From the NCBI GenBank assembly GCA_963698035.1, contig OY969114.1, positions 330,001-362,000 on the forward strand: DNA of 32,000 nt, written 5' to 3'. The notes under the pieces were generated by a model that searched no databases, had not been told where the DNA came from, and saw only the letters and a program-made list of their open reading frames with translations. The stretch comes from Candidatus Saccharimonadota bacterium. Its GTDB lineage: Archaea; Micrarchaeota; Micrarchaeia; Micrarchaeales; Micrarchaeaceae. Shown in pieces: positions 9,888-18,353 of this stretch. The translations under genes and the position numbers were made by a program. Position 1 is the first letter of the stretch. Every line of letters starts with the position of its first letter.

Positions 9888-11398
9888 GCGGTACCATCTT
9901 CAAAACTTATCGAAGTGAAGCTGTTCTGCTTTGGCTCGTATACTGGAAGAATGCATGGCGAAGGGACATGCCCGGACCTAAGCTGCAATGCCGTGGTATT
10001 CTGCCATGTCCCGCTGTTGACTATCTTCACTCCGTGATACTCTGCAAGCCCGTTCTTGTGTATGTGCCCCATGTGGAGTATGTCTGGCACCTTGTCTATT
10101 ACCAGCTGGTCGTCCTTGCTCGGGATGATTACGTTGCCGCCGTATATCGGGGAGAGGTGCCTTCTCTTAAGTAGCTCTATCATTGCCTTTTCTGGGGAAG
10201 CGTAGCTGGCGTCAGGTATCGCCCTTATGATGGAATCTAGCGATGTGCCGTGGTATGCGAGAACGTCTAGCCCGTGCAGGTTGAGGCTGCTGGGATTCGA
10301 TATTATGTGCACATTGTCAGCCTTGAAATCCTTGAGCAGATCCTCGCCCAGCGGCGGCTGTGGCTCTGCCCTGCCTACAGCATCATGGTTGCCGGGCATG
10401 ACGAATACGTGGATGTAGTCGGGTATCTGCGCTATGAAGCCGAAGAGGAGCTTGTACTGCAAGTATATATCAGGTATAGCAAGCTCAAACTCCTGATCGG
10501 GATAAATGCCTACCCCATCGGCGACGTCGCCAGCCATGACTATGTATTTTATCTTTCCTGCAAGCCCATCTGACTTGGACCTTGTATCCCCGTTGAGCCA
10601 CCTGAGCATCTTTGAGAAGTTCTTCTCCATGAACTGCCTGCTGCCTACATGGATGTCCGATATGAATGCGATTGCGATGTCATCAGATATTTCCTTGTGC
10701 TCCTTTATCGGTATGTCCGGCCAGATTATCTCGTTCGCTATGAGGAACTGGTTCGACATCTTGCCCCTGATGGCGACAACCTCGTCGTTTATCAGCCTCT
10801 TCCCCTCCTCGAAGAGATCCTTCGAGAGGTTTGCGACACCGTTTACGAATATGGCGCGAAGCTCAGCGGTCTCATCCTCAATCACTACCATAAGGTTACC
10901 CTTCTTGGTTATCGTCTTTGTGGTGACGATTCCCACAACGGTGACCTCCCTGCCGCTTGTGTAACTCTTTACGGTTTCTATGCTCGGCGACAAGGACACC
11001 TTAATTCTCCTCTCCTCTATTATCCTCTTGATCCTGTCGACGCGATTTCTAAAATAGTTGATAAAGTCTGCGGTTGAGCCATCTGCGGTCTCCCTCTCCT
11101 TGTTAGTTATCTGGTAGAGCGCATCGACATCGGCGGCGGTGGGCTTGAATTCTGCCTCGGGAATTACCTCTACAGTGGTGGGTGCCTTCTCCCTCTCTAT
11201 ATCATCTATTATGAATACGACCTGCGCCCTGTTGACTATGCTTATCTCCATGTCGTTCTTGTGGAGCTCCACAAGGCGGGTGACCAGGGCGTTTACATCT
11301 ACACCTTCAACCAATTTTGCATCCACATCCGCTGCAAGAAGTATCCTTGCCTGAGAAAGAGTTGTTGATAGTTCTTTTAGGACATCTTTTCCAGCCAT
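9884..11398 (-). CDS. polB: DNA polymerase II (PolD) small subunit DP1
   Basis: 504 aa with an OB-fold region plus phosphodiesterase motifs DIHVGS, GDVADG, GNHD, HGTS, GHIH. Confidence 0.95.
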   Translation of the reverse strand: MAGKDVLKELSTTLSQARILLAADVDAKLVEGVDVNALVTRLVELHKNDMEISIVNRAQVVFIIDDIEREKAPTTVEVIPEAEFKPTAADVDALYQITNKERETADGSTADFINYFRNRVDRIKRIIEERRIKVSLSPSIETVKSYTSGREVTVVGIVTTKTITKKGNLMVVIEDETAELRAIFVNGVANLSKDLFEEGKRLINDEVVAIRGKMSNQFLIANEIIWPDIPIKEHKEISDDIAIAFISDIHVGSRQFMEKNFSKMLRWLNGDTRSKSDGLAGKIKYIVMAGDVADGVGIYPDQEFELAIPDIYLQYKLLFGFIAQIPDYIHVFVMPGNHDAVGRAEPQPPLGEDLLKDFKADNVHIISNPSSLNLHGLDVLAYHGTSLDSIIRAIPDASYASPEKAMIELLKRRHLSPIYGGNVIIPSKDDQLVIDKVPDILHMGHIHKNGLAEYHGVKIVNSGTWQNTTALQLRSGHVPSPCILPVYEPKQNSFTSISFEDGTA

Positions 11399-11405
11399 GA
11401 TGCGA

Positions 11406-11681
11406 TTATTCTTTTACTGCCTCAAGCATACTGAGTATGCTCCAGAGCGCGGTTCGGGCCTGTGAGGGCAGGTTGATGTCATTGCTGACCCCGTCTATGT
11501 TGTATATTGCAGTGGAAATCCTTATCGTGTAGTCGCCGCTGTTGTTCAGCTTTGTCCTCGCCTCTCCGATCGCGGTCCTGACGTTCTTTGGCACGCTCGT
11601 GTCACTTATCAGCTGATCCATCTTGGCGGTTATTTGGACAATCATCTCCGCTACCTTCTTTTCATCGGCCATATATTGCAC
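11406..11681 (-). CDS. UPF0147-family small helical protein (function unknown)
   Basis: Collinear with the conserved archaeal UPF0147 family as I recall it (VPKNVRTAIGEA ... LPSQARTALWSILSMLE). It lies 7 nt upstream of DP1. The true start may be the second ATG at 11672. Confidence 0.7.
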   Translation of the reverse strand: MQYMADEKKVAEMIVQITAKMDQLISDTSVPKNVRTAIGEARTKLNNSGDYTIRISTAIYNIDGVSNDINLPSQARTALWSILSMLEAVKE

Positions 11682-11744
11682 CCCTTATAATAAGCAAGAT
11701 AGCTTGGCGAGGGAAGTATTTATATTTATCTGAATTCCGCTTAC

Positions 11745-12686
11745 CTAAATGGTTATGTGGAAGGTAGCCCTCACATATGCACCAAGCAATATGGTTGCCA
11801 CGGCAGCGCCAAGGGACAGCAATAGCGTCTTTGAGACGTTCCTGATTACGCTCTTGTCGCTCACCACCGCTATTATCGAAGAGGTGAGCGTCAGGATTAT
11901 CGCGGTTATTATTACCGCTGCCGCTATTCCGACGTAGCCCGGCAGGCCGAGGATGAACGGTGACAAAGGGAATAGCGACCCTATTAAATAGAATATGCCT
12001 ACGTAGAAAGCTGAAGACTTTGCCGACATCTCTCGGCTCCCCTTTTTCATCTTGGTGCCAATATCCTTCTGGTAGTCAGTCGATATGTAGGCGCCAACAG
12101 CCATCGAAAGCGTTCCGGAAATGGCCACTATGAAACCGGCAATAAATATTATTATCGGTGTATGAAGCGCTGCGGCAAGACCTGCTACCACCGCAAGCAG
12201 CTCTACCAACCCGTCGTTCATGCCGAACATCGCGTCCCTTATGTTGTTGAAGAAAGGATTGTATTCGACGATCTTTGACTCGAGGCGATCCTCCCTGCCC
12301 TCCTCGCTGGACTTTATCTTTTGCAGCACTCTCTTTTCGCTTGATGTTAGACCATCATGTTTCAGGAATTCATCCAATTTCTGGTGTTGCGTCTGCTCCG
12401 TGTGCTCTATTATCTTTATCGTAAGAGCTAACCCTAATACTCTCCTGCATAGCATTATCCAGAATTCAGCCATCTTTCGGTCCTGTTTTGGGATGGGGGC
12501 ATTGCTGAGCTTGAGCATCTCGGCCCAGAGGGTTGCGTGATAGTTCTCGAGCTTAGCCAGTTCTGCCATATCTGCCTTTACCTTGCTAGACCTCTCGGAT
12601 TTTGAGAAGCTGAAGTAGACCTCATGGTGCAGCACCTCCGCATTGTAAAGGTCGCTCAGTATCTTGCGCTTCGTATCAGCCTGCAT
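11745..12686 (-). CDS. Ferritin-like (CCC1 N-terminal type) + VIT1/CCC1 Fe/Mn transporter fusion
   Basis: The N-terminal helical region has E/H-rich pairs (EVLHHE, ENYHATLW, IEHTEQ). The C-terminal VIT1 membrane domain has FGMNDGLVELL and multiple TM helices. Confidence 0.75.
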   Translation of the reverse strand: MQADTKRKILSDLYNAEVLHHEVYFSFSKSERSSKVKADMAELAKLENYHATLWAEMLKLSNAPIPKQDRKMAEFWIMLCRRVLGLALTIKIIEHTEQTQHQKLDEFLKHDGLTSSEKRVLQKIKSSEEGREDRLESKIVEYNPFFNNIRDAMFGMNDGLVELLAVVAGLAAALHTPIIIFIAGFIVAISGTLSMAVGAYISTDYQKDIGTKMKKGSREMSAKSSAFYVGIFYLIGSLFPLSPFILGLPGYVGIAAAVIITAIILTLTSSIIAVVSDKSVIRNVSKTLLLSLGAAVATILLGAYVRATFHITI

Positions 12687-12718
12687 GCAACCAATTATGC
12701 CTCTTGAATATTAAGCTT

Positions 12719-14467
12719 TCACTTTGCAAGATGCTTCTGCAGTTTCTTGAGTGGAAGTGTGTTGAGCACTCTCTCCTTGGTAAGCCAGCCTCTTCGTGCA
12801 GTCCCCACGCCATACCTCATGAACTGGAGGTGCGATACGCTGTGGGTATCCGTGTCTATCGCGAACATTATCTTGCGGCCGGAGACGAGCATTACGTTGG
12901 TGTCGTTGAGGTCAGTCCTGTTCGGGAACGCATTTATCTCCAGCGCGACATTGTTGCGCTCTGCGGCATCGGCAACCTTTTCCAGATCTATCGCGTATGG
13001 TGGCCTCGACCTGTGGAACTGCGTGTCACCTATAAGGCGGCCTGTCGGGTGCGCGAATATGTGGACAAGGCCACTATCGAAAGCCTTTATCACCCTGTCG
13101 GTCATCTCCTTCTGTCCCATCGTGAATGAAGTATGTATTCCGGCGACTACGCAGTCCATGGACTTGAGCGTCTCCTTCTCCATGTCAAGGCTTCCGTCCT
13201 TCAGAATGTCAACCTCTGTGCCATAGAGTATGATTATTTTGTCGTCCAGCACCTTCCTAAGCTTCTCCACCCTCTTGAAGTATGCTGCGAATCCCCTCTC
13301 GTCCATTCCGTTCGCTATGTACTCGCTTTTGGAGTGGTTGGTTGTGGCGAAATAGTCATATCCTATCTTGATGGCAGCGTCGGCGATCTCCTCCAGCGAG
13401 TTGACGCCATCGGTCTCCTTCGTGTGGGTGTGGAGATCTCCCCTTATGTCGGAAAGCTCAACCAGCTTCGGTATCTTGTGCTCGAGCGCGAGTTTTACCT
13501 CTCCTCTGGCCTCTCTCATCTCGGGGGGCATCCACTGCATACCCAGCTTTTTGTATATGCTCTCTTCTGTGGCGCCTCCCACGTTCCTATTGGTCTTGTT
13601 GAAGAGGCCGTACTCGTTCAGCTTGTACCTCTTGTTGACCGCAATCTGCCTTACCTGTATGTTGTGATCCTTGCTGCCGGTGAAGTACTGCACAGCGGCA
13701 CCGAAGCTCTGTGGCTCAAGCACCCTGAGGTCGCAGCTTATCCCTATCTTGAGCCATACGGTCGACTTGGTAGGTCCTTTTGATATTACCTTGCTCACTT
13801 CTTCCATCTTGGTAAAGAAGCCCATCACCTCCTCGTTCTTCTTCGATATTGCGAGTATGTCTATGTCGCCTATCGTCTCCCTCATTCGTCTGGCCGATCC
13901 AGCTATTATGACCTTCTCGACGAGACCGCTCATTCTTATCTTGTCTATCATCCTTTCTGCTACAGGGAGCGCGTATCCGAGCATCTGCCTGCCGCTGCTC
14001 AACTCCAGAAGCGAGATTCCCTGCGCTATCACCTCCTCGCTCTTTGCTCCGAACCCTTCAAGATTCCTTATCTTGTGCTCCTCTACTGCCTTCTTTAGGT
14101 CGCCCCTATTCCTTATCCCGAGTTTCTTGTAGAGAAGTATCGCCCTCTTGGCACCCATCCCGTTTATGGCAGTGAGGGAGGCCATGTCTATTGGATATTT
14201 CTTCTTCAGCCCCTCGTACTTCTTGATCTTCCCCGTCTTGACGAACTCCTCTATATGTTTCGACATTGTTACCCCAATCCCTGGAAGCTCCATAAGCCCT
14301 TTGAGACCGCCCTTCTTGTAGATCTCCTCTATGGGCTCCTGCAGCGTGCTTATCATCAGCGCGGCCTTCTTGTACGCCCTGACCTCGAACTTCGCGGTAG
14401 GGAAGTCCTCGAGGCTGAGCATGTCCCCTATCTCGTCGAATATCTCGGCGATCCGCTTGTTGTCCAT
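12719..14467 (-). CDS. polX: Family X DNA polymerase with C-terminal PHP domain (PolX)
   Basis: 582 aa. It has N-terminal HhH motifs (LPGIGVTMSKHI, INGMGAKRA), a Pol-beta nucleotidyltransferase core (GSARRMRETIGDIDIL) and a PHP domain (GDLHTHT...). Confidence 0.9.
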   Translation of the reverse strand: MDNKRIAEIFDEIGDMLSLEDFPTAKFEVRAYKKAALMISTLQEPIEEIYKKGGLKGLMELPGIGVTMSKHIEEFVKTGKIKKYEGLKKKYPIDMASLTAINGMGAKRAILLYKKLGIRNRGDLKKAVEEHKIRNLEGFGAKSEEVIAQGISLLELSSGRQMLGYALPVAERMIDKIRMSGLVEKVIIAGSARRMRETIGDIDILAISKKNEEVMGFFTKMEEVSKVISKGPTKSTVWLKIGISCDLRVLEPQSFGAAVQYFTGSKDHNIQVRQIAVNKRYKLNEYGLFNKTNRNVGGATEESIYKKLGMQWMPPEMREARGEVKLALEHKIPKLVELSDIRGDLHTHTKETDGVNSLEEIADAAIKIGYDYFATTNHSKSEYIANGMDERGFAAYFKRVEKLRKVLDDKIIILYGTEVDILKDGSLDMEKETLKSMDCVVAGIHTSFTMGQKEMTDRVIKAFDSGLVHIFAHPTGRLIGDTQFHRSRPPYAIDLEKVADAAERNNVALEINAFPNRTDLNDTNVMLVSGRKIMFAIDTDTHSVSHLQFMRYGVGTARRGWLTKERVLNTLPLKKLQKHLAK

Positions 14468-14531
14468 GCGCTCAAGATTATTGCAGAAAGAATCATTTTA
14501 TCACTTTGTATTCAATATATATCAGAGTTGA

Positions 14532-15110
14532 ATGCCTGGAGAAGATGCGGATATGAACGATAGGCTGAATAGGCTCTATCTTACCATAATATCCCGCTAC
14601 AAAGACTACATAGAAGAGAAAGAAGGAATCTCAATAGCGGAGCTGCCTAGCTTGGTCACCCCGAAGAGCCCCGCGATTGTTTCAAAGGCGGAGGAGATAA
14701 AGCTCTCTTTCGGCAATTACGAGTATGATAAATGCTTCTACGAGGCGAGCCTCAAGGCATTTTCATTTGTGAAGCAGATGGTCAGGGAGGTGACCCTTCC
14801 AGTGGAATTCTGGCTGCTGCCGGAAGAGACGATAGCATTCCTGATGGGAGACACATTCGACAGAAATGTCCTCCTATGCAGCATCCTCATAGCGCTAGGA
14901 AACCCTTCGGCGAGGGTCTTAGTCGTATCGCAGAATGACTCCAGGAAGGTCTATGTCCATTACGACTTCAATGAATCCAGCTACCTGATGAACCTTGAGG
15001 ATCGTACAAGGAGGTTTGCTGACATAAAGGAACTAGTAGCATCTCTCGACATGCCAGAGGGTGCAATAGCCTACGACTTCAATGACAAGACATATACGGA
15101 CATAGGCTGA
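14532..15110 (+). CDS. Hypothetical protein; possible inactivated transglutaminase-like (papain-fold) domain
   Basis: 192-aa ORF with normal codon usage. The segment GDTFDRNVLLCSILIALGNPSARV aligns by eye to the TGase-core motif G-x-C-x-D-F..L.RalGIPAR, with Thr in the Cys position. A His (VYVHYDF) and an Asp (NLED) follow at about the expected spacing. The start could be the ATG at 14553. Confidence 0.55.
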   Translation: MPGEDADMNDRLNRLYLTIISRYKDYIEEKEGISIAELPSLVTPKSPAIVSKAEEIKLSFGNYEYDKCFYEASLKAFSFVKQMVREVTLPVEFWLLPEETIAFLMGDTFDRNVLLCSILIALGNPSARVLVVSQNDSRKVYVHYDFNESSYLMNLEDRTRRFADIKELVASLDMPEGAIAYDFNDKTYTDIG

Positions 15111-15236
15111 CTATTTCCTTTTTGTCATCTTGTAGGTCTTCCTATGCTCACGCCTAAGCCTTCGCAACTTCTGCACGTTCCTGTACTTCTTTCCTATCCT
15201 TCTGTTCGATCTAGAGACGGTCTTTTGCACATTCAC
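15111..15236 (-). CDS. Candidate 41-codon highly basic micro-ORF (unassigned)
   Basis: Translation: VNVQKTVSRSNRRIGKKYRNVQKLRRLRREHRKTYKMTKRK. Its GTG start overlaps the dys stop as GTGA, and its stop codon abuts the convergent gene's stop. It exactly fills an otherwise empty gap. I recognise no family. Confidence 0.25.
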   Translation of the reverse strand: MNVQKTVSRSNRRIGKKYRNVQKLRRLRREHRKTYKMTKRK

Positions 15237-16183
15237 ACCAAATCTATTGCAGAAAACATCACAGGCAGTATTATCGTAGCGTCGCCGTCTATCGTAGTGT
15301 AGTCAGCTTTCTCTTTTATTTTGCCCCACGAAACAGCCTCTGTGAGCCTTGCGCCGGAGAGGCTGCCGTCGAACTGCGTTGCCGTGGTTATGTAGACCGC
15401 GTAGTCGAGGCCTCCCTTGAACTGGTTCCACCATATAACGTGGTGCTTGCTTATGCCCCCTCCTATCATGAGGGCACCCGTGACCTTGTTGTCGAAGGAT
15501 ATGTCGCTGAGCTTCAGCTCGTCCCTTATCAGATTGAGCTTGAAGTCATGGTCCTGCGAGAATATGGAGAGTTGTGTGCCGAACGCACCGTCCAGTATGC
15601 CAGGATTGAATATCGGCACATTGTTCAGGTACGCCTGCCTTATGATTGAGCCGTTGTCCCTGATTCTCTTGCCGAACTCGTATATCAGCTCGCTTGCACT
15701 GTACTCCTTCTTGTAGTCGCCAGACCTATATATGTCGTTCATTATCGCGGTGAATGCGTCCTCCAGCTTCTGGCCGTACTCTTTGTTCTCTATAAAGATG
15801 TTGCCCAGCCTGTAGATGCCCATCTTGTGCAGCTCTGCATCGTCAGCATCGAATGAGCCGAGGCTGTACTTACCGCCTGCAGACCTTGCTATGTCATGGT
15901 CCAGCGTGCCGCCGGTTGTTATTATTGCATCGAAGTATTTTACAGAGTCGGCGAGTATGCCCCTGAGGCCTGTGGAGACGATGTCCGCAGGGAAAGACAG
16001 GAAGTTGAATGATCTTTTATCATCCATCATCTTCTTCAGGATCTTTATGCCCTTGACCATGTGCTGCCCGGAGAAGCCGCCAATCGAGTCCATCGATTCT
16101 ATAAGTTCGGATACCCTCATCCCTTTCTTGAGCTTTATGTCCTTTACTTGCTTCCTTAGCATCTCGCTCTTCGACTGCTTCAT
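15233..16183 (-). CDS. dys: Deoxyhypusine synthase
   Basis: 316 aa collinear with DHS (ITTGGTLDHDI, MIGGGISKHHVIW, ATQFDGSLSGA). Confidence 0.9.
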   Translation of the reverse strand: MKQSKSEMLRKQVKDIKLKKGMRVSELIESMDSIGGFSGQHMVKGIKILKKMMDDKRSFNFLSFPADIVSTGLRGILADSVKYFDAIITTGGTLDHDIARSAGGKYSLGSFDADDAELHKMGIYRLGNIFIENKEYGQKLEDAFTAIMNDIYRSGDYKKEYSASELIYEFGKRIRDNGSIIRQAYLNNVPIFNPGILDGAFGTQLSIFSQDHDFKLNLIRDELKLSDISFDNKVTGALMIGGGISKHHVIWWNQFKGGLDYAVYITTATQFDGSLSGARLTEAVSWGKIKEKADYTTIDGDATIILPVMFSAIDLV

Positions 16184-16321
16184 AAAATCAGTTGAATATT
16201 ATTCGCTCGCATTAATATCAATTTCGGTATGGGGAGGCTGCAACGGTTTTATTTTTACGCCTGGACTGGCACAAAACAGTGCATTCTGCGCTTCTGGAGC
16301 GGAAAACTTCGCCGCAATAGC

Positions 16322-16350
16322 TTTTTATCTTTTTGTAGGCATGTATAAAT
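16322..16350 (+). promoter_or_regulatory. Candidate ftsZ promoter (two A/T boxes: TTTTTATC and TATAAAT)
   Basis: TATAAAT at 16344-16350 ends 17 nt before the ATG, which is rather close. TTTTTATC at 16323-16330 would give a short leader. Which box is used cannot be decided from sequence. Confidence 0.4.
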
Positions 16351-16367
16351 GACGACCGGGTAATCAG

Positions 16368-17435
16368 ATGGATGCACTTAGCAAGGACGACGAGGAGATA
16401 TTAAGATTCATTGAGAGCGCTAAGCCCAAGATATATGTTGTTGGGACTGGAGGGAGCGGCAGTAATACCATAACCAGGCTTGCAAGCATCGGCATACAGG
16501 GTGCGACCCTTGTAGCGATGAACACCGATGCCCCGCATCTTGTCAGGGCAAAGGCCGAGAGAAAGCTGCTTATGGGCAAGAAGATTACGAAGGGCATGGG
16601 CGCAGGCAGCGACATAAAGGTGGGGGAGGAGGCCGCCCTAGAAAGCAGGGAAGAAATCCGTCACATGCTTTCCGATGCGCAACTCGTTTTCATAACATGC
16701 GGCCTGGGCGGCGGCACGGGGACCGGCTCCATCGCGACCATAGCGCACGAAGCCAGGGAGGTGGGCGCGCTGACAGTAGGCATAGTAACGCTTCCGTTCT
16801 CAAGCGAGGGCAAAACAAGGATGAGGAATGCTCTTGAAGGGCTCGCAAAGATGAAGAAAGTCACAGACACTACGATAATAATACACAACAACAAGCTGCT
16901 CTCTGTCGCACCTGACCTGCCTCTCAACATGGCATTCAGGGTATCCGACGAGGTGCTCGCCGGGGCAACTAAGGGCATAGTCGAGATGGTAACCAAACCG
17001 GGCATGGTGAACCTCGACTTTGCGGACCTGCGAAGTGTGCTGAAAGATTCAGGCTACGCCGTGATTGGAACCGGCGAGGGGCGCCCGAGCGGCAACATGA
17101 GCAGGGCGACAGTCGCGCTAGAGAATGCGATTAAGAGCCCGCTCCTTGATGCAGACCTAAGCATGGCAAAGAGGGCCTTGGTAAACATAGTGGGAGGCGA
17201 GAGCCTCACGCTGCGCGAGGCAGAGAGCATATTCCAGGAGGTATCGGGAAGGATAAAGGAGGACGCGCTATTGAAGTGGGGCGCAAGGATCGAGCCAGAC
17301 ACACAGAGGGAGACACTGAAAGTGATGCTAGTAGTAAGTGGAGTGGAATTCCCAGATTATACTGATGAGGGCCTCAATAAGCAGATAAAGGAAAATGAAG
17401 AGATAGACCTTGATGAACTGTTCGGGAAGGAGTGA
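16368..17435 (+). CDS. ftsZ: Cell division GTPase FtsZ
   Basis: 355 aa with N-terminal VVGTGGSGSN and the tubulin signature GLGGGTGTGS. It has an acidic C-terminal tail. Confidence 0.95.
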   Translation: MDALSKDDEEILRFIESAKPKIYVVGTGGSGSNTITRLASIGIQGATLVAMNTDAPHLVRAKAERKLLMGKKITKGMGAGSDIKVGEEAALESREEIRHMLSDAQLVFITCGLGGGTGTGSIATIAHEAREVGALTVGIVTLPFSSEGKTRMRNALEGLAKMKKVTDTTIIIHNNKLLSVAPDLPLNMAFRVSDEVLAGATKGIVEMVTKPGMVNLDFADLRSVLKDSGYAVIGTGEGRPSGNMSRATVALENAIKSPLLDADLSMAKRALVNIVGGESLTLREAESIFQEVSGRIKEDALLKWGARIEPDTQRETLKVMLVVSGVEFPDYTDEGLNKQIKENEEIDLDELFGKE

Positions 17436-17440
17436 GACGG

Positions 17441-17617
17441 CTACTGCTTTGCCGTCTTCTTTGCCGTGGCGACATTCTTCTTGCTTATCCTTCTCTTAAG
17501 GATTATGTTGTTCTTGTAGCACTTGCTGCAGCAGTAGTAGTTGATGTTCCCAGTTTTGTAGACGTACATTATGCCTGTGCCCTTCTGCACCTCGCCTGAA
17601 CAGTACGAGCATTTCAT
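17441..17617 (-). CDS. rpl24e: 50S ribosomal protein L24e
   Basis: 58-aa ORF below the ORF-track cutoff: MKCSYCSGEVQKGTGIMYVYKTGNINYYCCSKCYKNNIILKRR.... This is the L24e zinc-ribbon pattern in the conserved position after S28e. Confidence 0.85.
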   Translation of the reverse strand: MKCSYCSGEVQKGTGIMYVYKTGNINYYCCSKCYKNNIILKRRISKKNVATAKKTAKQ

Positions 17618-17626
17618 TTAAACCAA

Positions 17627-17869
17627 CTACTTTACCTTTATCTCTCGGGCTTCTCTGCTTGTGTCCGGCAACCTTATAATGTCACCGACCTTTGCAGGGC
17701 CGAGCATATTCCTCCTTATTATCCTGCCCTTGTCCTTGCCTTCAAGTATTCTGCAGCTCACTGAGTATATCTCGCCATATATCCCTGTCTTTACCTTGGT
17801 GTTTATTTCTACTATCTCTGTCAGGTATCCTGACAGCTGCCTCACTTGCTGCTGCGGTTCGTTGGCCAT
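17627..17869 (-). CDS. rps28e: 30S ribosomal protein S28e
   Basis: 80 aa with the S28e core CRILEGKDKGRIIRRNMLGPAKVGDII..REAREI. Confidence 0.9.
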   Translation of the reverse strand: MANEPQQQVRQLSGYLTEIVEINTKVKTGIYGEIYSVSCRILEGKDKGRIIRRNMLGPAKVGDIIRLPDTSREAREIKVK

Positions 17870-17873
17870 TCAA

Positions 17874-18353
17874 TCATTGTTTTGGGGCGTCTGGCTTTGC
17901 CTGTTCTGCCGCCTGCGGCTTTGGAGCCTTCTCCTTCACCGGCTTCTTCTCGGCTTTTGGCTGCGCTTGCTTCGGTGCTACTGATGCGGACGGCGCCAGT
18001 CCTGTAATCTTGGCAATTACCTCCTTTATTGCTGCAGAAGCGTTGCCCTGGCTTTCCACCGCGATCGCGGCGCATGGAACGGTAAGCCCTATTGCCTTTC
18101 CGAGCTCCTGCTTGCTCGGCACATACGTGTATGCGACCTTTTTCTGCTCGCATATCATGGGTATGTGCATTACTACCTCTGCCGGATTAACGTCTGTTGC
18201 GATGACAACGAATGAGGCGAGCCCACGCTCTACGCTCTTTGTCACCTCGTTCGCGCCCTTCCTTATTGCGCCTGACTGCTTTGCTAGCTGCAATGCTTCG
18301 TACGTCTTCGCGACGACTTCGTTAGATACTTCGAACTTTGCATAAGATGCCAT
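17874..18353 (-). CDS. rpl7ae: 50S ribosomal protein L7Ae with a ~40-aa Ala/Pro/Lys/Gln-rich C-terminal extension
   Basis: The core is IRKGANEVTKSVERGLASFVVIATDVNP..VAYTYVPSKQELG. The first ATG is at 18353; the ORF track extends to a GTG at 18362. The tail is APSASVAPKQAQPKAEKKPVKEKAPKPQAAEQAKPDAPKQ. Confidence 0.9.
   Translation of the reverse strand: MASYAKFEVSNEVVAKTYEALQLAKQSGAIRKGANEVTKSVERGLASFVVIATDVNPAEVVMHIPMICEQKKVAYTYVPSKQELGKAIGLTVPCAAIAVESQGNASAAIKEVIAKITGLAPSASVAPKQAQPKAEKKPVKEKAPKPQAAEQAKPDAPKQ

Noticed and set aside
11682-11744. Replication origin next to the PolD operon (and in the 16184..16367 dys/ftsZ spacer)
   Set aside because: The spacers are only 63 and 184 nt. There is no cdc6/orc1 gene nearby, and I saw no repeated ORB-like boxes or long A/T-rich unwinding element.
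17692-18345. 217-aa plus-strand ORF overlapping rps28e and rpl7ae
   Set aside because: It is antisense to two strongly recognisable r-protein genes and has a Cys/Ser/Leu/Ala-rich low-information sequence. It is a shadow ORF.
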